Assembly: GCA_043779185.1 (NCBI GenBank)
Contig: JAYWEQ010000156.1
Span: 6,087 to 70,086, forward strand
DNA: 64,000 nt
DNA from: Pseudobdellovibrionaceae bacterium
GTDB taxonomy: Bacteria > Bdellovibrionota > Bdellovibrionia > Bdellovibrionales > Bdellovibrionaceae
Direction of reading: 5' to 3'
The translations under genes were made by a program, and so were the position numbers. The notes under the pieces were generated by a model that was not told the origin of the DNA, made no database searches, and saw only the letters and a list, made by a program, of their open reading frames with translations. Below, piece by piece: positions 9,508-19,013 of the stretch; within the stretch, counting starts at the first letter, position 1; the number at the start of each line of letters is the position of its first letter.

Positions 9508-10727
9508 GGGCGAGCCTCAAGCTGTTCTAAATCCATACGCCGGAGCGACGGAGATAAATAAGAAATAATACCAACCGTGCATAAACAAGCAATCCCACCA
9601 AAATAAACGGCTGGAACAGTGCCCAGGATTTTTGCAGCAATTCCCGATTCAAGTTCACCAATTTCGTTGGAAGAGCCTATAAAAATTGAATTCACGGCGG
9701 AAATTTTTCCACGCATGTGGTCGGGCGAAGTCAGTTGAACAGCCGCAGTTCTAATCGCCATACTAATGCTGTCAAAAGATCCACTGAAGGCCAAAGCAAA
9801 AAGCGACAGATAAAAATTTCGACTGACGCCAAAAACTAATATACAAAAACCAAAACCAAGGACTGAAGAAAGTAACCAGCCACCGGTTCGCATGCTTTTT
9901 GTTCGAGCTAAATACAGACTCATCAGGGCGGCGCCCACGGCTGGCGCAGCCCTTAGAAGGCCTAACCCCTTTGGACCCACGAATAAAATTTCGCTAGCAA
10001 AAATTGGCAAAAGGGCCGTCACTCCACCGAATAAAACAGAGATCATATCTAAGGATAAAGCAGAGAATAAAATAGGATGCCTAAACACAAATTTTAGACC
10101 CGAAAGTAACTCTTCAGTGATTGAGGCATGCTGCGGTCGAATCGAAGGGGGTTGCACATCTTTTCGAATTAGAAGCATCGAAAAGCTGCCGATCAACAAA
10201 AGAAGACAGACAATTGTTGATGAAGCGATGGCTCCGAAAAATCCAAAAATTAAACCGCCGAAAGCAGGCCCTGCGATTCTTGCAATCTGCATCGCTGAAC
10301 TTGAAAGAGCGGACGCCTGCATCAGAAACCTGCGCTCGACCAACCTGGGAACTGCTGCAAAAATAGCTGGCTGTGAAAAAGAGCGCGCGATTCCTGTTAA
10401 GAAAGCGGCCGAATATAAAAGACCAACTTGTAATCCCAAAGAAAGGTGTAAAGCAAAAATATGTTCGGACAATACGACAAGGCCCGAAATCAAGCTGACC
10501 AACATCACTCGGCGATAAATCAAAAGTGGCCGCGCTCGGTCCACTAAATACCCTGCATACAACGCAAGTCCGATGGCAGGAACGGCTTCCGTCAGGCCAA
10601 TAAATCCTAAATATAAAGGATCTTTTAAAAGTTCATAGATTCGCCAACCTAAAACGACGGCCTGCATTTGCACTGCGAAAGTGAAAAGAAACCGAGCACA
10701 GAGCAGCTTTTTAAAATCAGTAGGCAT
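9504..10727 (-). CDS. MFS transporter (EntS/MFS_3-like)
   Basis: 407 aa, 12 predicted TM helices, typical MFS loop motifs. Confidence 0.85.
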   Translation of the reverse strand: MPTDFKKLLCARFLFTFAVQMQAVVLGWRIYELLKDPLYLGFIGLTEAVPAIGLALYAGYLVDRARPLLIYRRVMLVSLISGLVVLSEHIFALHLSLGLQVGLLYSAAFLTGIARSFSQPAIFAAVPRLVERRFLMQASALSSSAMQIARIAGPAFGGLIFGFFGAIASSTIVCLLLLIGSFSMLLIRKDVQPPSIRPQHASITEELLSGLKFVFRHPILFSALSLDMISVLFGGVTALLPIFASEILFVGPKGLGLLRAAPAVGAALMSLYLARTKSMRTGGWLLSSVLGFGFCILVFGVSRNFYLSLFALAFSGSFDSISMAIRTAAVQLTSPDHMRGKISAVNSIFIGSSNEIGELESGIAAKILGTVPAVYFGGIACLCTVGIISYLSPSLRRMDLEQLEARP

Positions 10728-10887
10728 GGGTCTGAATTTAATTGCGGAACCATTTTAATTCAGCTCTTTTTTCAATGAAGGATTAAGGATTCAAAAAAAT
10801 CGGGGATATTTGACCCGCAGAGTCTTTGTTGTTGCGCAAATAAAGAACATGAAGAGGCTTTAAAGCGCCCAGATTTGTACACCCTTT

Positions 10888-10902
10888 TGGCTGTCTTTTT
10901 GC
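10888..10902 (+). promoter_or_regulatory. candidate sigma-54 (-24/-12) promoter
   Basis: TGGCTG-tcttt-TTGCT. GG to GC spacing is exactly 12 nt, and it ends 27 nt before the ATG at 10930. Confidence 0.35.
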
Positions 10903-10929
10903 TTCATAAAAATAGAAAGAGGAAACACG

Positions 10930-12051
10930 ATGAAAAACGCCTTAAAAAAAGAATTAGCCTTACTAGCTGGAGTCGCATCTTTAATCAGTGCAAAAGCTAA
11001 GTCCCCCCTTTGGTCAGGTCTGCTGGCTGGCGGCGCGGCGGCTTTGTGGTTTTCCTCCCATCAAAAAAAATATAGTTTTGCGGGTAAAAAAGTTTATATC
11101 ACCGGTGGCTCTAGAGGATTGGGCCTTTCCATCGCTTGGAATTTATTAGATCAAGGGGCTGATGTGACATTGGTGGCTCGCGATGAAGAGGAATTGATCC
11201 GTGGTCAAAATATTTTGCTGAAAGAATTTTCTGATGCCAATGTTTTTATCAGTGTCTGCGATATTACGAAGGTCAATGAGCTTGCGGAAAGTTTAGATCA
11301 AGCCATTGAGCGAATGAACGGGATTGATCTTCTAATAAATAATGCCGGATCGATCTTGGTCGGCCCTTTTACATCGATGGAGAAAGAAGATTTTGAAGCG
11401 CAAATGAAACTTCATTTGTACGCCGTGGTTGAAGCCACAGGCTTGATTTTTCCTCACTTCAAAAGTCGTGGCGAGGGTCGCATTCTTAATATTTGTTCTC
11501 TTGGTGGGAAAGTGGCAGTTCCCCATATGTTGCCTTATGATGCTTCGAAGTTTGCCCTGGCTGGATTTTCCCAAGGTGTCAGCGCCGAACTTGCGCCTCA
11601 TAATATTACCGTGACGACAGCTTATCCCACCGTCATGCGAACGGGTTCGCCAATTCAGGCTGTCTTTAAAGGTGATCACGGAAAAGAATTTGAGTGGTTT
11701 GAGAGCATTGATAATTTACCTTTCATATCGATGTCTGCCGATACGGCCGCAAAAAAAGTTTTACAAGCCGTGGCGGATGGACAAAGTGAGGTGATTCTTT
11801 CCTTGCCAGGCAAGGCTCGACTTTTAATGGGGGCCTTTTTGCCTGAAATAATGAATGCGATGATGGGAATGGTGGCCGAATTTTTGCCTAAAAAGGACTC
11901 AGCAAATCGCAAAACGGGTGCGGATAGTGACAATCGCTTTTATCAGAATCGCCTTCTGAGGCCCCTTCAGAGAAAAGTTCAGCAAGTTCAAGACGAGTAC
12001 AATCAAATTCCCCATCATGATGCTGAGTTTAATATGGGGCTGAAGCATTAA
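10930..12051 (+). CDS. SDR family oxidoreductase with N-terminal membrane anchor
   Basis: TGGSRGLG cofactor motif, NNAG, and catalytic YDASKFAL. RBS aagagga. Confidence 0.9.
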   Translation: MKNALKKELALLAGVASLISAKAKSPLWSGLLAGGAAALWFSSHQKKYSFAGKKVYITGGSRGLGLSIAWNLLDQGADVTLVARDEEELIRGQNILLKEFSDANVFISVCDITKVNELAESLDQAIERMNGIDLLINNAGSILVGPFTSMEKEDFEAQMKLHLYAVVEATGLIFPHFKSRGEGRILNICSLGGKVAVPHMLPYDASKFALAGFSQGVSAELAPHNITVTTAYPTVMRTGSPIQAVFKGDHGKEFEWFESIDNLPFISMSADTAAKKVLQAVADGQSEVILSLPGKARLLMGAFLPEIMNAMMGMVAEFLPKKDSANRKTGADSDNRFYQNRLLRPLQRKVQQVQDEYNQIPHHDAEFNMGLKH

Positions 12052-12057
12052 CAAAAA

Positions 12058-13347
12058 TTATTTTCGTTTCGCGAAAGTTTTCTTTTTCAAAGCGGGCTGA
12101 CGAAGTGTTCCTCGGCCCGGCAATTTGTTCGATTTCGCGAAAGCTTCTGGTTTGGCCTTTTTTTCAAACAAAGGTTTGGATTTTGGTGTCGTTTTTCTTT
12201 GCAGCTGGGGCTCTTCCTTTTTAAAGGGGGCTGGCTTTTTGCCATCCAGTTCGGCCATTAATCTTGAATCCCGTTCAGTGACAAGATTAACCACTTCGCC
12301 GGATCGTCCAGCTCGGGCGGTCCTTCCAACACGGTGAAGGTAATTTTCAAGCTGTTGAGGCAGATGGTAATTGATCACTCGGGACACGGCCTCAAGGTCA
12401 AGGCCTCGGCCGGCTAAATCAGTGGCCACTAATAAATCTATTTTTCCGTCTTTGAACTTTTTAAAATTCTGACGACGTTCATTTTTATCCATGTCGCCGC
12501 GATAGATCGCACAAAGAAAACCTTTATCAGTGATTTCTTTGGCTAACTTATCACACTGCTCACGGGTATTTGTGAAAACTAAAGTGCCACCTTTAACTTT
12601 TTGGCCAAGAATCTTTTCAAACAAAGGCCAACGTTTTCCATCTTGCACAATTAAATTCTTTGTCACTAAAGTCTTTACGACTTTGCCACTTCCCGAACTG
12701 CGCATCACTTCGGCAGACCTGAACAAAGTATTCATAAGTTCTTGCACCGAGGGAGACACCGTTGCAGAAAATAGGCCCATCTGAAGAACGCTAGGACAAG
12801 CGGCGACAATAAAATTTGAATCGGGTAAAAATCCCTGATCTAACATTTGATCAGCTTCATCGAAAACTAACATGCGGACGTCTGTCAGATGAATCAGTCC
12901 CATATCCATCAGTTGAACCAAGCGTCCAGGTGTTGCTAATAAGATTTCAAAAGGATTTGCAACATTTCGTCGAGCTTGCTCAAGCGCCATTCCACCCAAG
13001 GCGGGGCGAACTCGTAATCTGGTATCGTGAGTCAACGTCTTAAAAACTTTGGAAACTTGCTCGCCTAATTCTCGAGTCGGGACCATAACGATGGCGCGAG
13101 GCGAGCTGTGCTCTGTCACGGGGTTATCTTGGGTCTCTAAGTTTTTAAGCATATGAAGTAAAGGCAATGCGTAAGCCAAGGTCTTGCCGCTGCCAGTTTC
13201 AGAAATTCCAACAACAGATTTTTTATCCATCATTGGGGGAATAATTTTAATCTGAATTTCGGTCGGTTTTAAAAGGCGCTGTTTAATCAAAGTTTGAGTC
13301 AATGAGGCGAGCAAATTAAAGTCTGAAAATGTGTTCATGGCAGGCAC
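12058..13347 (-). CDS. DEAD-box ATP-dependent RNA helicase (RhlE-like) with basic tail
   Basis: Q motif, TGSGKT, PTRELG, DEAD (VFDEADQM), SAT, HRVGRTARAG. Lys-rich C-terminus. Confidence 0.95.
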   Translation of the reverse strand: MPAMNTFSDFNLLASLTQTLIKQRLLKPTEIQIKIIPPMMDKKSVVGISETGSGKTLAYALPLLHMLKNLETQDNPVTEHSSPRAIVMVPTRELGEQVSKVFKTLTHDTRLRVRPALGGMALEQARRNVANPFEILLATPGRLVQLMDMGLIHLTDVRMLVFDEADQMLDQGFLPDSNFIVAACPSVLQMGLFSATVSPSVQELMNTLFRSAEVMRSSGSGKVVKTLVTKNLIVQDGKRWPLFEKILGQKVKGGTLVFTNTREQCDKLAKEITDKGFLCAIYRGDMDKNERRQNFKKFKDGKIDLLVATDLAGRGLDLEAVSRVINYHLPQQLENYLHRVGRTARAGRSGEVVNLVTERDSRLMAELDGKKPAPFKKEEPQLQRKTTPKSKPLFEKKAKPEAFAKSNKLPGRGTLRQPALKKKTFAKRK

Positions 13348-13411
13348 TGTACCTTTTAATAAGGCAGAGCCCTACAGAAATCGATAAGTCCGCGTTCAAA
13401 GGTCAAAATCC

Positions 13412-13450
13412 CTAAAAAAAATACCCACCCTTTTTAGGGGTAGGTTGGGT
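13412..13450 (-). terminator. rho-independent terminator downstream of the small ORF 13543-13713
   Basis: On the minus strand, acccaacc...ggtgggt forms a hairpin followed by an 8-T run (A-run 13414-13421 on the plus strand). Confidence 0.6.
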
Positions 13451-13542
13451 TTCTTGTACAAAATCGTAGTGAAAGTTTGAAAACACTTCAGTAGGATAGA
13501 AACAAAAATCCGAGCTTTCACCTAAAATACAGACGAGAATAG

Positions 13543-13713
13543 TTATCGTCGTAAGTTTTTTTCCAGGAGATCGGCAAAACTTTTCTTAGTGTTTTTAGAA
13601 ACCTTATTAAGGTAGGTTTCGCTTTCGGTCTTTAGATCCAGTTTATGCGGAGGATTTTTGGCAATATTTTCATTCGACTTATAGGCTTTCAGAATATTCT
13701 GAACTGGTATCAT
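13543..13713 (-). CDS. small hypothetical protein (56 aa)
   Basis: The internal ATG at 13713 is preceded by GGAGG with a 4-nt spacer. It has its own terminator about 90 nt downstream. No family recognised. Confidence 0.5.
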   Translation of the reverse strand: MIPVQNILKAYKSNENIAKNPPHKLDLKTESETYLNKVSKNTKKSFADLLEKNLRR

Positions 13714-13911
13714 AGGGCCTCCATTTTTAGCCAGAAAACCCTTTAGGAAGCAATATTTCAACCAACCCCAGCGCTTTCAAGCTTCACTTCATAGTCCAGT
13801 CGGGTTCAAAAAAATCGCGTCCAGTGGGTGTTTCGCCTCGCTCGGCAGTTTGAATGAACAAAAAAATTAAAAATTCGTTCATTATATGAGGCTTTTAAGG
13901 TAAGAGAGCTT

Positions 13912-14553
13912 ATGGGCAAAACAGAGATTCTTAGACTGATGGCGGGTTTCCGCAAGTTTCACGATAAATATTTTGCAAACGAACATCCCCTTTATCAGCG
14001 CCTTTCGTCAGGCGGCCAAAGTCCAAAAACTTTAATCATCGGCTGTAGTGATTCTCGTGTTGATCCAGCGATCATTACATCGGCAGGACCTGGCGAGCTT
14101 TTTATCGTTAGAAATGTCGCTAACTTAGTTCCGCCTTTTGAAAAAGGCGGGGGCTTCCATGGTATCAGTGCGGCCATTGAGTTTGCGGTTGTGAACCTGG
14201 CTGTCGAAAACGTGATTGTGCTAGGGCATCGTCAATGTGGAGGAATCCGAAGTTTGATGCTGAATGACTCCAATAAAGCAGATAGCTTTGTCGAACAATG
14301 GGTTCGTATCGCACAGGATGCTAAAGATCGCGTCTTAGCAAAACACAAAGGTGAAAACGAAGAAAGCCTGTGTCGACATGGTGAACTAGAAGCCATTATT
14401 ACTTCCCTTAATAACTTGCGAACTTTTCCCTTTGTGAAGTCAGCCATTAAAGATCGAGGGCTTGTCGTCATGGGAATTTACTTCGACTTAGAGTCTGGCC
14501 AGCTTATTGAGTATGATGAAGATTCTGCGGCATTCCGAAACATTGAAATCTAA
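13912..14553 (+). CDS. beta-class carbonic anhydrase
   Basis: CSDSRV and HRQCGG zinc-ligand motifs, 213 aa. Confidence 0.9.
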   Translation: MGKTEILRLMAGFRKFHDKYFANEHPLYQRLSSGGQSPKTLIIGCSDSRVDPAIITSAGPGELFIVRNVANLVPPFEKGGGFHGISAAIEFAVVNLAVENVIVLGHRQCGGIRSLMLNDSNKADSFVEQWVRIAQDAKDRVLAKHKGENEESLCRHGELEAIITSLNNLRTFPFVKSAIKDRGLVVMGIYFDLESGQLIEYDEDSAAFRNIEI

Positions 14554-14576
14554 GAAACTGAAATCTGAAGGACTGT

Positions 14577-15341
14577 ATGAATGAGAAACAGCAAATTTGG
14601 ACCGAAAGTTACAAAATAGCCTCGTACCTTGTGAATATGAAAAATAAGGCGGGACTCTATTCAATTCTCAACCTTGTTCAAGATGTTGGCTGGCTTCATG
14701 GAATTCATTTGCAAGTCCAGTTACCCAAAAATCAAAACTGGGTTTTTACTCGTCAAAAATTAACCATGCAAAAATGGCCGGCTTGGAATGAAACAGTGAC
14801 GATTCAAACTTGGCTTCGGCCACCCGTTGGAAAGTTCCTTTTCCGCGATTATGAAATTTTTCTTGGTGATTCCTTGACGGGCCAAAAAATTGGAATTTGC
14901 ACCAGCACATTAGCCATTATGGATCTGCAAACTAGAAAAATTGTAGATATCGAATGGAAAGCTGACGAAAAAATATGGCGCAAGAGCGGTCATTTACTAC
15001 AAACACCAGAAAAAATTATGATCGATCAACCCTTGCAACAGTTGGCACAATTTGAAGTTCGAAATAGTGATTTAGATATGAACCTTCATGTGAATAATAC
15101 AAAGTATTCGCAGTGGATATTGGACGCCGTGGCATTAGACATTATTCAAAGCGATATTGCGGTCACTGACTATGAAGTCAATTTCTTAGCTGAAGCAAAA
15201 AAAGGCGATGTTATAAAACTACAAAAAACGGATGATCATCCCCTGAAGGACTCCATTATCCAGTTTCAAGGTGTTCGGTCTTCAGATAACAAACCTGTCT
15301 TTGTCGCCCAGTTGCGGATCCTTAAAGCGGGCTCCGCTTGA
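14577..15341 (+). CDS. acyl-ACP thioesterase (double hot-dog, PF01643-like)
   Basis: 254 aa. The second half carries DLDMNLHVNNTKYSQW, the D.D.N.HVNN..Y signature. Confidence 0.8.
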   Translation: MNEKQQIWTESYKIASYLVNMKNKAGLYSILNLVQDVGWLHGIHLQVQLPKNQNWVFTRQKLTMQKWPAWNETVTIQTWLRPPVGKFLFRDYEIFLGDSLTGQKIGICTSTLAIMDLQTRKIVDIEWKADEKIWRKSGHLLQTPEKIMIDQPLQQLAQFEVRNSDLDMNLHVNNTKYSQWILDAVALDIIQSDIAVTDYEVNFLAEAKKGDVIKLQKTDDHPLKDSIIQFQGVRSSDNKPVFVAQLRILKAGSA

Positions 15342-15371
15342 ATGCCTTGAAATGAAAAAAGGTGACCCCTT

Positions 15372-17039
15372 ATGAAATTTTTAAGATTGAACGACTATTT
15401 GCTGAGCGTCCTTTTTGAGGACGAAGAAATTTTAGCTATCGATAAGCCCTACGGTCTTAATAGTCATACGAATGAATCTAAGGCTGACCTTGGAGAATAT
15501 GCCCAAGACGGCCTGATTGAAATCTTTGAAAAAAACCTAAATAGGCGACTTTATATCATTCACCGATTAGATCAAACAACAACCGGTGTTATTATCTTTG
15601 GAAAGACTCCGGAAGCTGCAAAAAAGTACGCAGAATTATTTTTCCAGCGTTTGGTCAAAAAAACTTATTGGTTTATCACCGCAACGAATTCTAAAAAAGA
15701 TCAGTATATGATCGACCAAGTTATTGTCCACAAAGGGAAAGACCTTGAAGCTAAAACTGAATTTAATCTTTTAAAAAAATCTTCTGTTTATGAACTTTGG
15801 CAGGCACGTCCTTTGACAGGCCGAAATCACCAAATTAGAATTCATGCAAAAGCAGCAGGGCTTTCAATTCTAGGCGATCCTAAATATGAGGGAAAAGAAT
15901 TTCCATTTGTCTGTCTTCATAATCATCTGATCCAGTTTCCTAACGGAATTGCGATAAAATCAGTTCCGCCCCATTACTTTGAGAACCTACAATTATTAGA
16001 AAACCAAATATTATCCAAAGCTCTTTTTGAAGTCGATCGGCGAAAGCGGTTGTTTTCAAATGGCGATTTAACAGATCAATGCTTTAGAGTTGTTCACAAA
16101 AAAAATGACAGTAAAAATATTAGCTTCAGCCTTGATCAATTTGGCCGTAGGCTTATTTTTTCTTGTTATGAACAGAATTGGTCAGAGGCCCTTCAAAAAA
16201 CTTTTTCTTACATGGCGCAGTGGTTAAAAATGCCCATGACAGTTAGGATGATGCACAATCGAGGAAAAGACCCACTTAATAAATCTCAATTTTTAATTCT
16301 GCCGAACGTCGATGAGGTTGCAGATCCTCCCGAGGTTGAATGGCTGGCCCAAGAAAATAAAATTAAATACCAGATCCGATCCGATTCAGGACAATCGTTT
16401 GGCCTGTTTTTAGATCAGCGCTTACAAAGAAATTGGGTTTTAAATCAAGCTAATGATAAAACTGTTTTAAATTTATTTTCCTATACCTGCGGCTTCAGTG
16501 TTGCTGCAGCCCTGGGTGGTGCAAAAGAAGTGACGTCAGTAGATACAAGTAAAAACGTTCTTAATTGGGGGCGTAAAAATTTTAAAATCAATGAACTAGA
16601 TGATCAAAAGTATAATTTTTTATGCCGCGACAGCCTGATTTTCTTAGATCAAGCGATCCACAAAAATATCAAATATGATTTAGTGATTTGTGATCCGCCG
16701 TCCTTTTCCAGGGGCGAAAAGGGAGTCTTTAAAATTGAATCAAGTCTTGAGTTGTTAATAACTCAATGTTTGAAGGTTTTAAGTGAAAATGGAGATCTTC
16801 TTTTTTCAACAAATTTCGAAGGTTTTTTTGTCGATGATATTCGTCGGACGATTCTAAAAGTCCAAAAAACATTGGGCCTTCGGCATCTTCAAATTAATTG
16901 TATTCAGCCGGCGCTAGATTTTGAGCTACCCAGCGAAAAGTCCATTTTAAAATCGTTCTTAATCAAGGTCAGAAACGAATCCTTTACCGAAAAAAACCTG
17001 ATTACGTCGGTTTTTGCGACTGATATCGACGAAGATTAA
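15372..17039 (+). CDS. fusion protein: RluA-family pseudouridine synthase (N) plus RlmI-like class I SAM-dependent rRNA methyltransferase (C)
   Basis: N-terminal half: HRLDQTTTGVIIFGK and TGRNHQIRIH. C-terminal half: GLFLDQR, VLNLFSYTCGFSVAAALGGAKEVTSVD (SAM motif I) and ICDPPSF (motif IV). Confidence 0.85.
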   Translation: MKFLRLNDYLLSVLFEDEEILAIDKPYGLNSHTNESKADLGEYAQDGLIEIFEKNLNRRLYIIHRLDQTTTGVIIFGKTPEAAKKYAELFFQRLVKKTYWFITATNSKKDQYMIDQVIVHKGKDLEAKTEFNLLKKSSVYELWQARPLTGRNHQIRIHAKAAGLSILGDPKYEGKEFPFVCLHNHLIQFPNGIAIKSVPPHYFENLQLLENQILSKALFEVDRRKRLFSNGDLTDQCFRVVHKKNDSKNISFSLDQFGRRLIFSCYEQNWSEALQKTFSYMAQWLKMPMTVRMMHNRGKDPLNKSQFLILPNVDEVADPPEVEWLAQENKIKYQIRSDSGQSFGLFLDQRLQRNWVLNQANDKTVLNLFSYTCGFSVAAALGGAKEVTSVDTSKNVLNWGRKNFKINELDDQKYNFLCRDSLIFLDQAIHKNIKYDLVICDPPSFSRGEKGVFKIESSLELLITQCLKVLSENGDLLFSTNFEGFFVDDIRRTILKVQKTLGLRHLQINCIQPALDFELPSEKSILKSFLIKVRNESFTEKNLITSVFATDIDED

Positions 17040-17054
17040 TAAGAGGACAGATCT

Positions 17055-17333
17055 ATGGCATTTATTCTTTTTGAAGGCAGAAAAAAAATTGGTGAGATTT
17101 CAGATTGGGTCCTGATTGAAAAGCCGGCTGAGGTAAAAAATGTCCTTGGAAAAGAAGTACTTATGCCCAAGCCTAAAGATCAGTGCACCTTCACTTCTCC
17201 GAAGCCGATTCCAAGACGTAGTGACTTGATCTTAATTTCCGACCATAAAATTGAGTATGTTATTAAAGCGACTTTCGTAAGAGGGGGCACCTTCGTGACA
17301 GCGGATATTATAGAGCAAAGAAAAATTAAATAG
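17055..17333 (+). CDS. hypothetical protein (92 aa)
   Basis: RBS aagagga 7 nt upstream. Positioned tightly after the upstream gene. No family recognised. Confidence 0.5.
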   Translation: MAFILFEGRKKIGEISDWVLIEKPAEVKNVLGKEVLMPKPKDQCTFTSPKPIPRRSDLILISDHKIEYVIKATFVRGGTFVTADIIEQRKIK

Positions 17334-17409
17334 CGACCTTGCAGATCTAAGGCTGGGTTTTAGCTTTTTAACTTTTACTTGGTCCTTCGTCATGAAAAGA
17401 TAGTAAGGC

Positions 17410-18153
17410 ATGCGGGGGTATGTTGTGAAAGTGAAAGGACTCATTATTTTAATTTTTTTGAGCCTTGGAAGCATCGCATTGGCCCAGTCTGGTGATGAAG
17501 AATTTGATCATCAAACGCCAGAACAAGTCGAGAAAGCTCGGCAAGAAATTCAACGTCAGTTCGCAGATGCGAACAACCCTGAAAAAATAAGCGAAAAAGA
17601 GAAGGCTAAAATATTAAATCAATATCAATATTTAGATCCAAAAAATGAAGTTCCAAAAGATCTACTTCAAAGCACCATCCTTTATTTTGAGCTCAATAAA
17701 GATAAATTTTCCAACCACGAATATGTCTCTGTCATCAACTATGCGGCCCGTTCAAATCAGTATAGATTTTTTTTAATTAATTTGGTCAATGGAATGGTTG
17801 AAAAATTTCACACAACTCATGGCTGGGGATCAGATGAAGATGACGATGGATATGCGACAAGCTTTAGTGATGTGAACAATTCCGGAAAAAGCTCGGTGGG
17901 TTTTGCTAGGACGGCCGAGATCTATTCTGGAAAATTTAATCGAGCGATCAGGATTGATGGTTTGTCGGCGACCAATTCAAATATTAGATCAAGAGCGATT
18001 GTTATACATGGTTGGGATCATGTGCATGAAAAATTTGAAGTCCCCAAGCGCAGTTGGGGTTGTCCTGCCTTAGATTGGTCGGTCAAAGATGGTGTGATCG
18101 ATAAAATTCAAGGCGAAAGCCTGATTAATATGGGATTTGCAGTTAAAAATTAA
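17410..18153 (+). CDS. L,D-transpeptidase catalytic-domain family protein (YkuD_2-like), secreted
   Basis: Signal peptide. Motifs YRFFLINL, HGWGSD, SSVGF, RAIVIHGW and the catalytic SWGCPAL. Confidence 0.8.
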   Translation: MRGYVVKVKGLIILIFLSLGSIALAQSGDEEFDHQTPEQVEKARQEIQRQFADANNPEKISEKEKAKILNQYQYLDPKNEVPKDLLQSTILYFELNKDKFSNHEYVSVINYAARSNQYRFFLINLVNGMVEKFHTTHGWGSDEDDDGYATSFSDVNNSGKSSVGFARTAEIYSGKFNRAIRIDGLSATNSNIRSRAIVIHGWDHVHEKFEVPKRSWGCPALDWSVKDGVIDKIQGESLINMGFAVKN

Positions 18154-19013
18154 AAATCCAGTTTGGGATTCCATTTTTCCCAATCCTTTGGGGGACTGGC
18201 AACTAAAGGAAAATGAGCCTGTGGTTTTGCAATTTCGCCGGCATTATCAGGCGTAAAAAAATCAATTCCCCCGTGTAACAAAGAATCCATCGAGCTAATT
18301 TTTAATGATGAGCCAAAAAGGCCTAACTTGGCTTGAACGCCAATCTTTCGCCAAAAAACAGTATTAGTACGAATTAGTTTTACATATTTATTTTCAATAT
18401 TTATTTGCACATGCACGGCTTGAGAACCTTTCGCCAGTATCAATTTTGTGACTGTTCCCACCTTCATCCCTCGAAAGGTGATAAGATCTCCTGCGCTGAC
18501 GGACTCAGCATTTGTTGTTTCAAGAATATAGGAAGAAGTATCATCGTGGGTGTCTGTTGAACCCGTTGCTGACTGAGCTTTGAACTCAAATTTTTCCTTA
18601 CCTTCGAAGGGTCCTGGCAAAGCCGCAATATAGGTGCCTTCAAAAAGGGTATTGAGTCCACTGATCCCAGAAAAGTCTACTTTAGGAACGACCAATTCAA
18701 ACTTCGAACCAATCACCGCAAATTGCTCAGCATCTTTTCTTAAAGACACTTCAACGACAACATCTTTATTTTCTTCTGAAATATAAACATTTTTAACCAT
18801 TCCGATGGGAACGCCACGAAAGCGCACCTTTGTCTTTTCAGCTTGGATGCCTGAGGCATCGTCAAAAAAAATTTTAATAGTGACTCCACGCTGTTTAAAA
18901 TAATCGACAAATAGCCAGCCGGAAATCATCAATGCAAAGACTGGAAACAGCCAAATATACCAACCGGTGCGCAAAGACTGCATTTTTTCAGTGATCGAGT
19001 TTTTCATTCTCAT
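18150..19013 (-). CDS. PqiB/MlaD-like MCE-domain protein (two MCE domains)
   Basis: N-terminal TM helix (WYIWLFPVFALMISGWLF) followed by two MCE-like segments (FRGVPIGMVKNV and FRGMKVGTVTKL). The start is chosen at the internal ATG 19013; 19007 and 18983 are also possible. Confidence 0.8.
   Translation of the reverse strand: MRMKNSITEKMQSLRTGWYIWLFPVFALMISGWLFVDYFKQRGVTIKIFFDDASGIQAEKTKVRFRGVPIGMVKNVYISEENKDVVVEVSLRKDAEQFAVIGSKFELVVPKVDFSGISGLNTLFEGTYIAALPGPFEGKEKFEFKAQSATGSTDTHDDTSSYILETTNAESVSAGDLITFRGMKVGTVTKLILAKGSQAVHVQINIENKYVKLIRTNTVFWRKIGVQAKLGLFGSSLKISSMDSLLHGGIDFFTPDNAGEIAKPQAHFPLVASPPKDWEKWNPKLDF

Noticed and set aside
9892-10518. 208-aa plus-strand ORF opposite the MFS transporter gene.
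   Set aside because: It is a low-complexity Ala/Arg/Lys-rich shadow ORF with no RBS. The antisense MFS frame has a full 12-TM architecture.
13853-13883. AATGAAC-N17-GTTCATT inverted repeat upstream of the carbonic anhydrase gene.
   Set aside because: The spacer is almost pure A/T. I could not place convincing -35/-10 boxes relative to it and it occurs only once. It may be an operator, but the evidence is insufficient.
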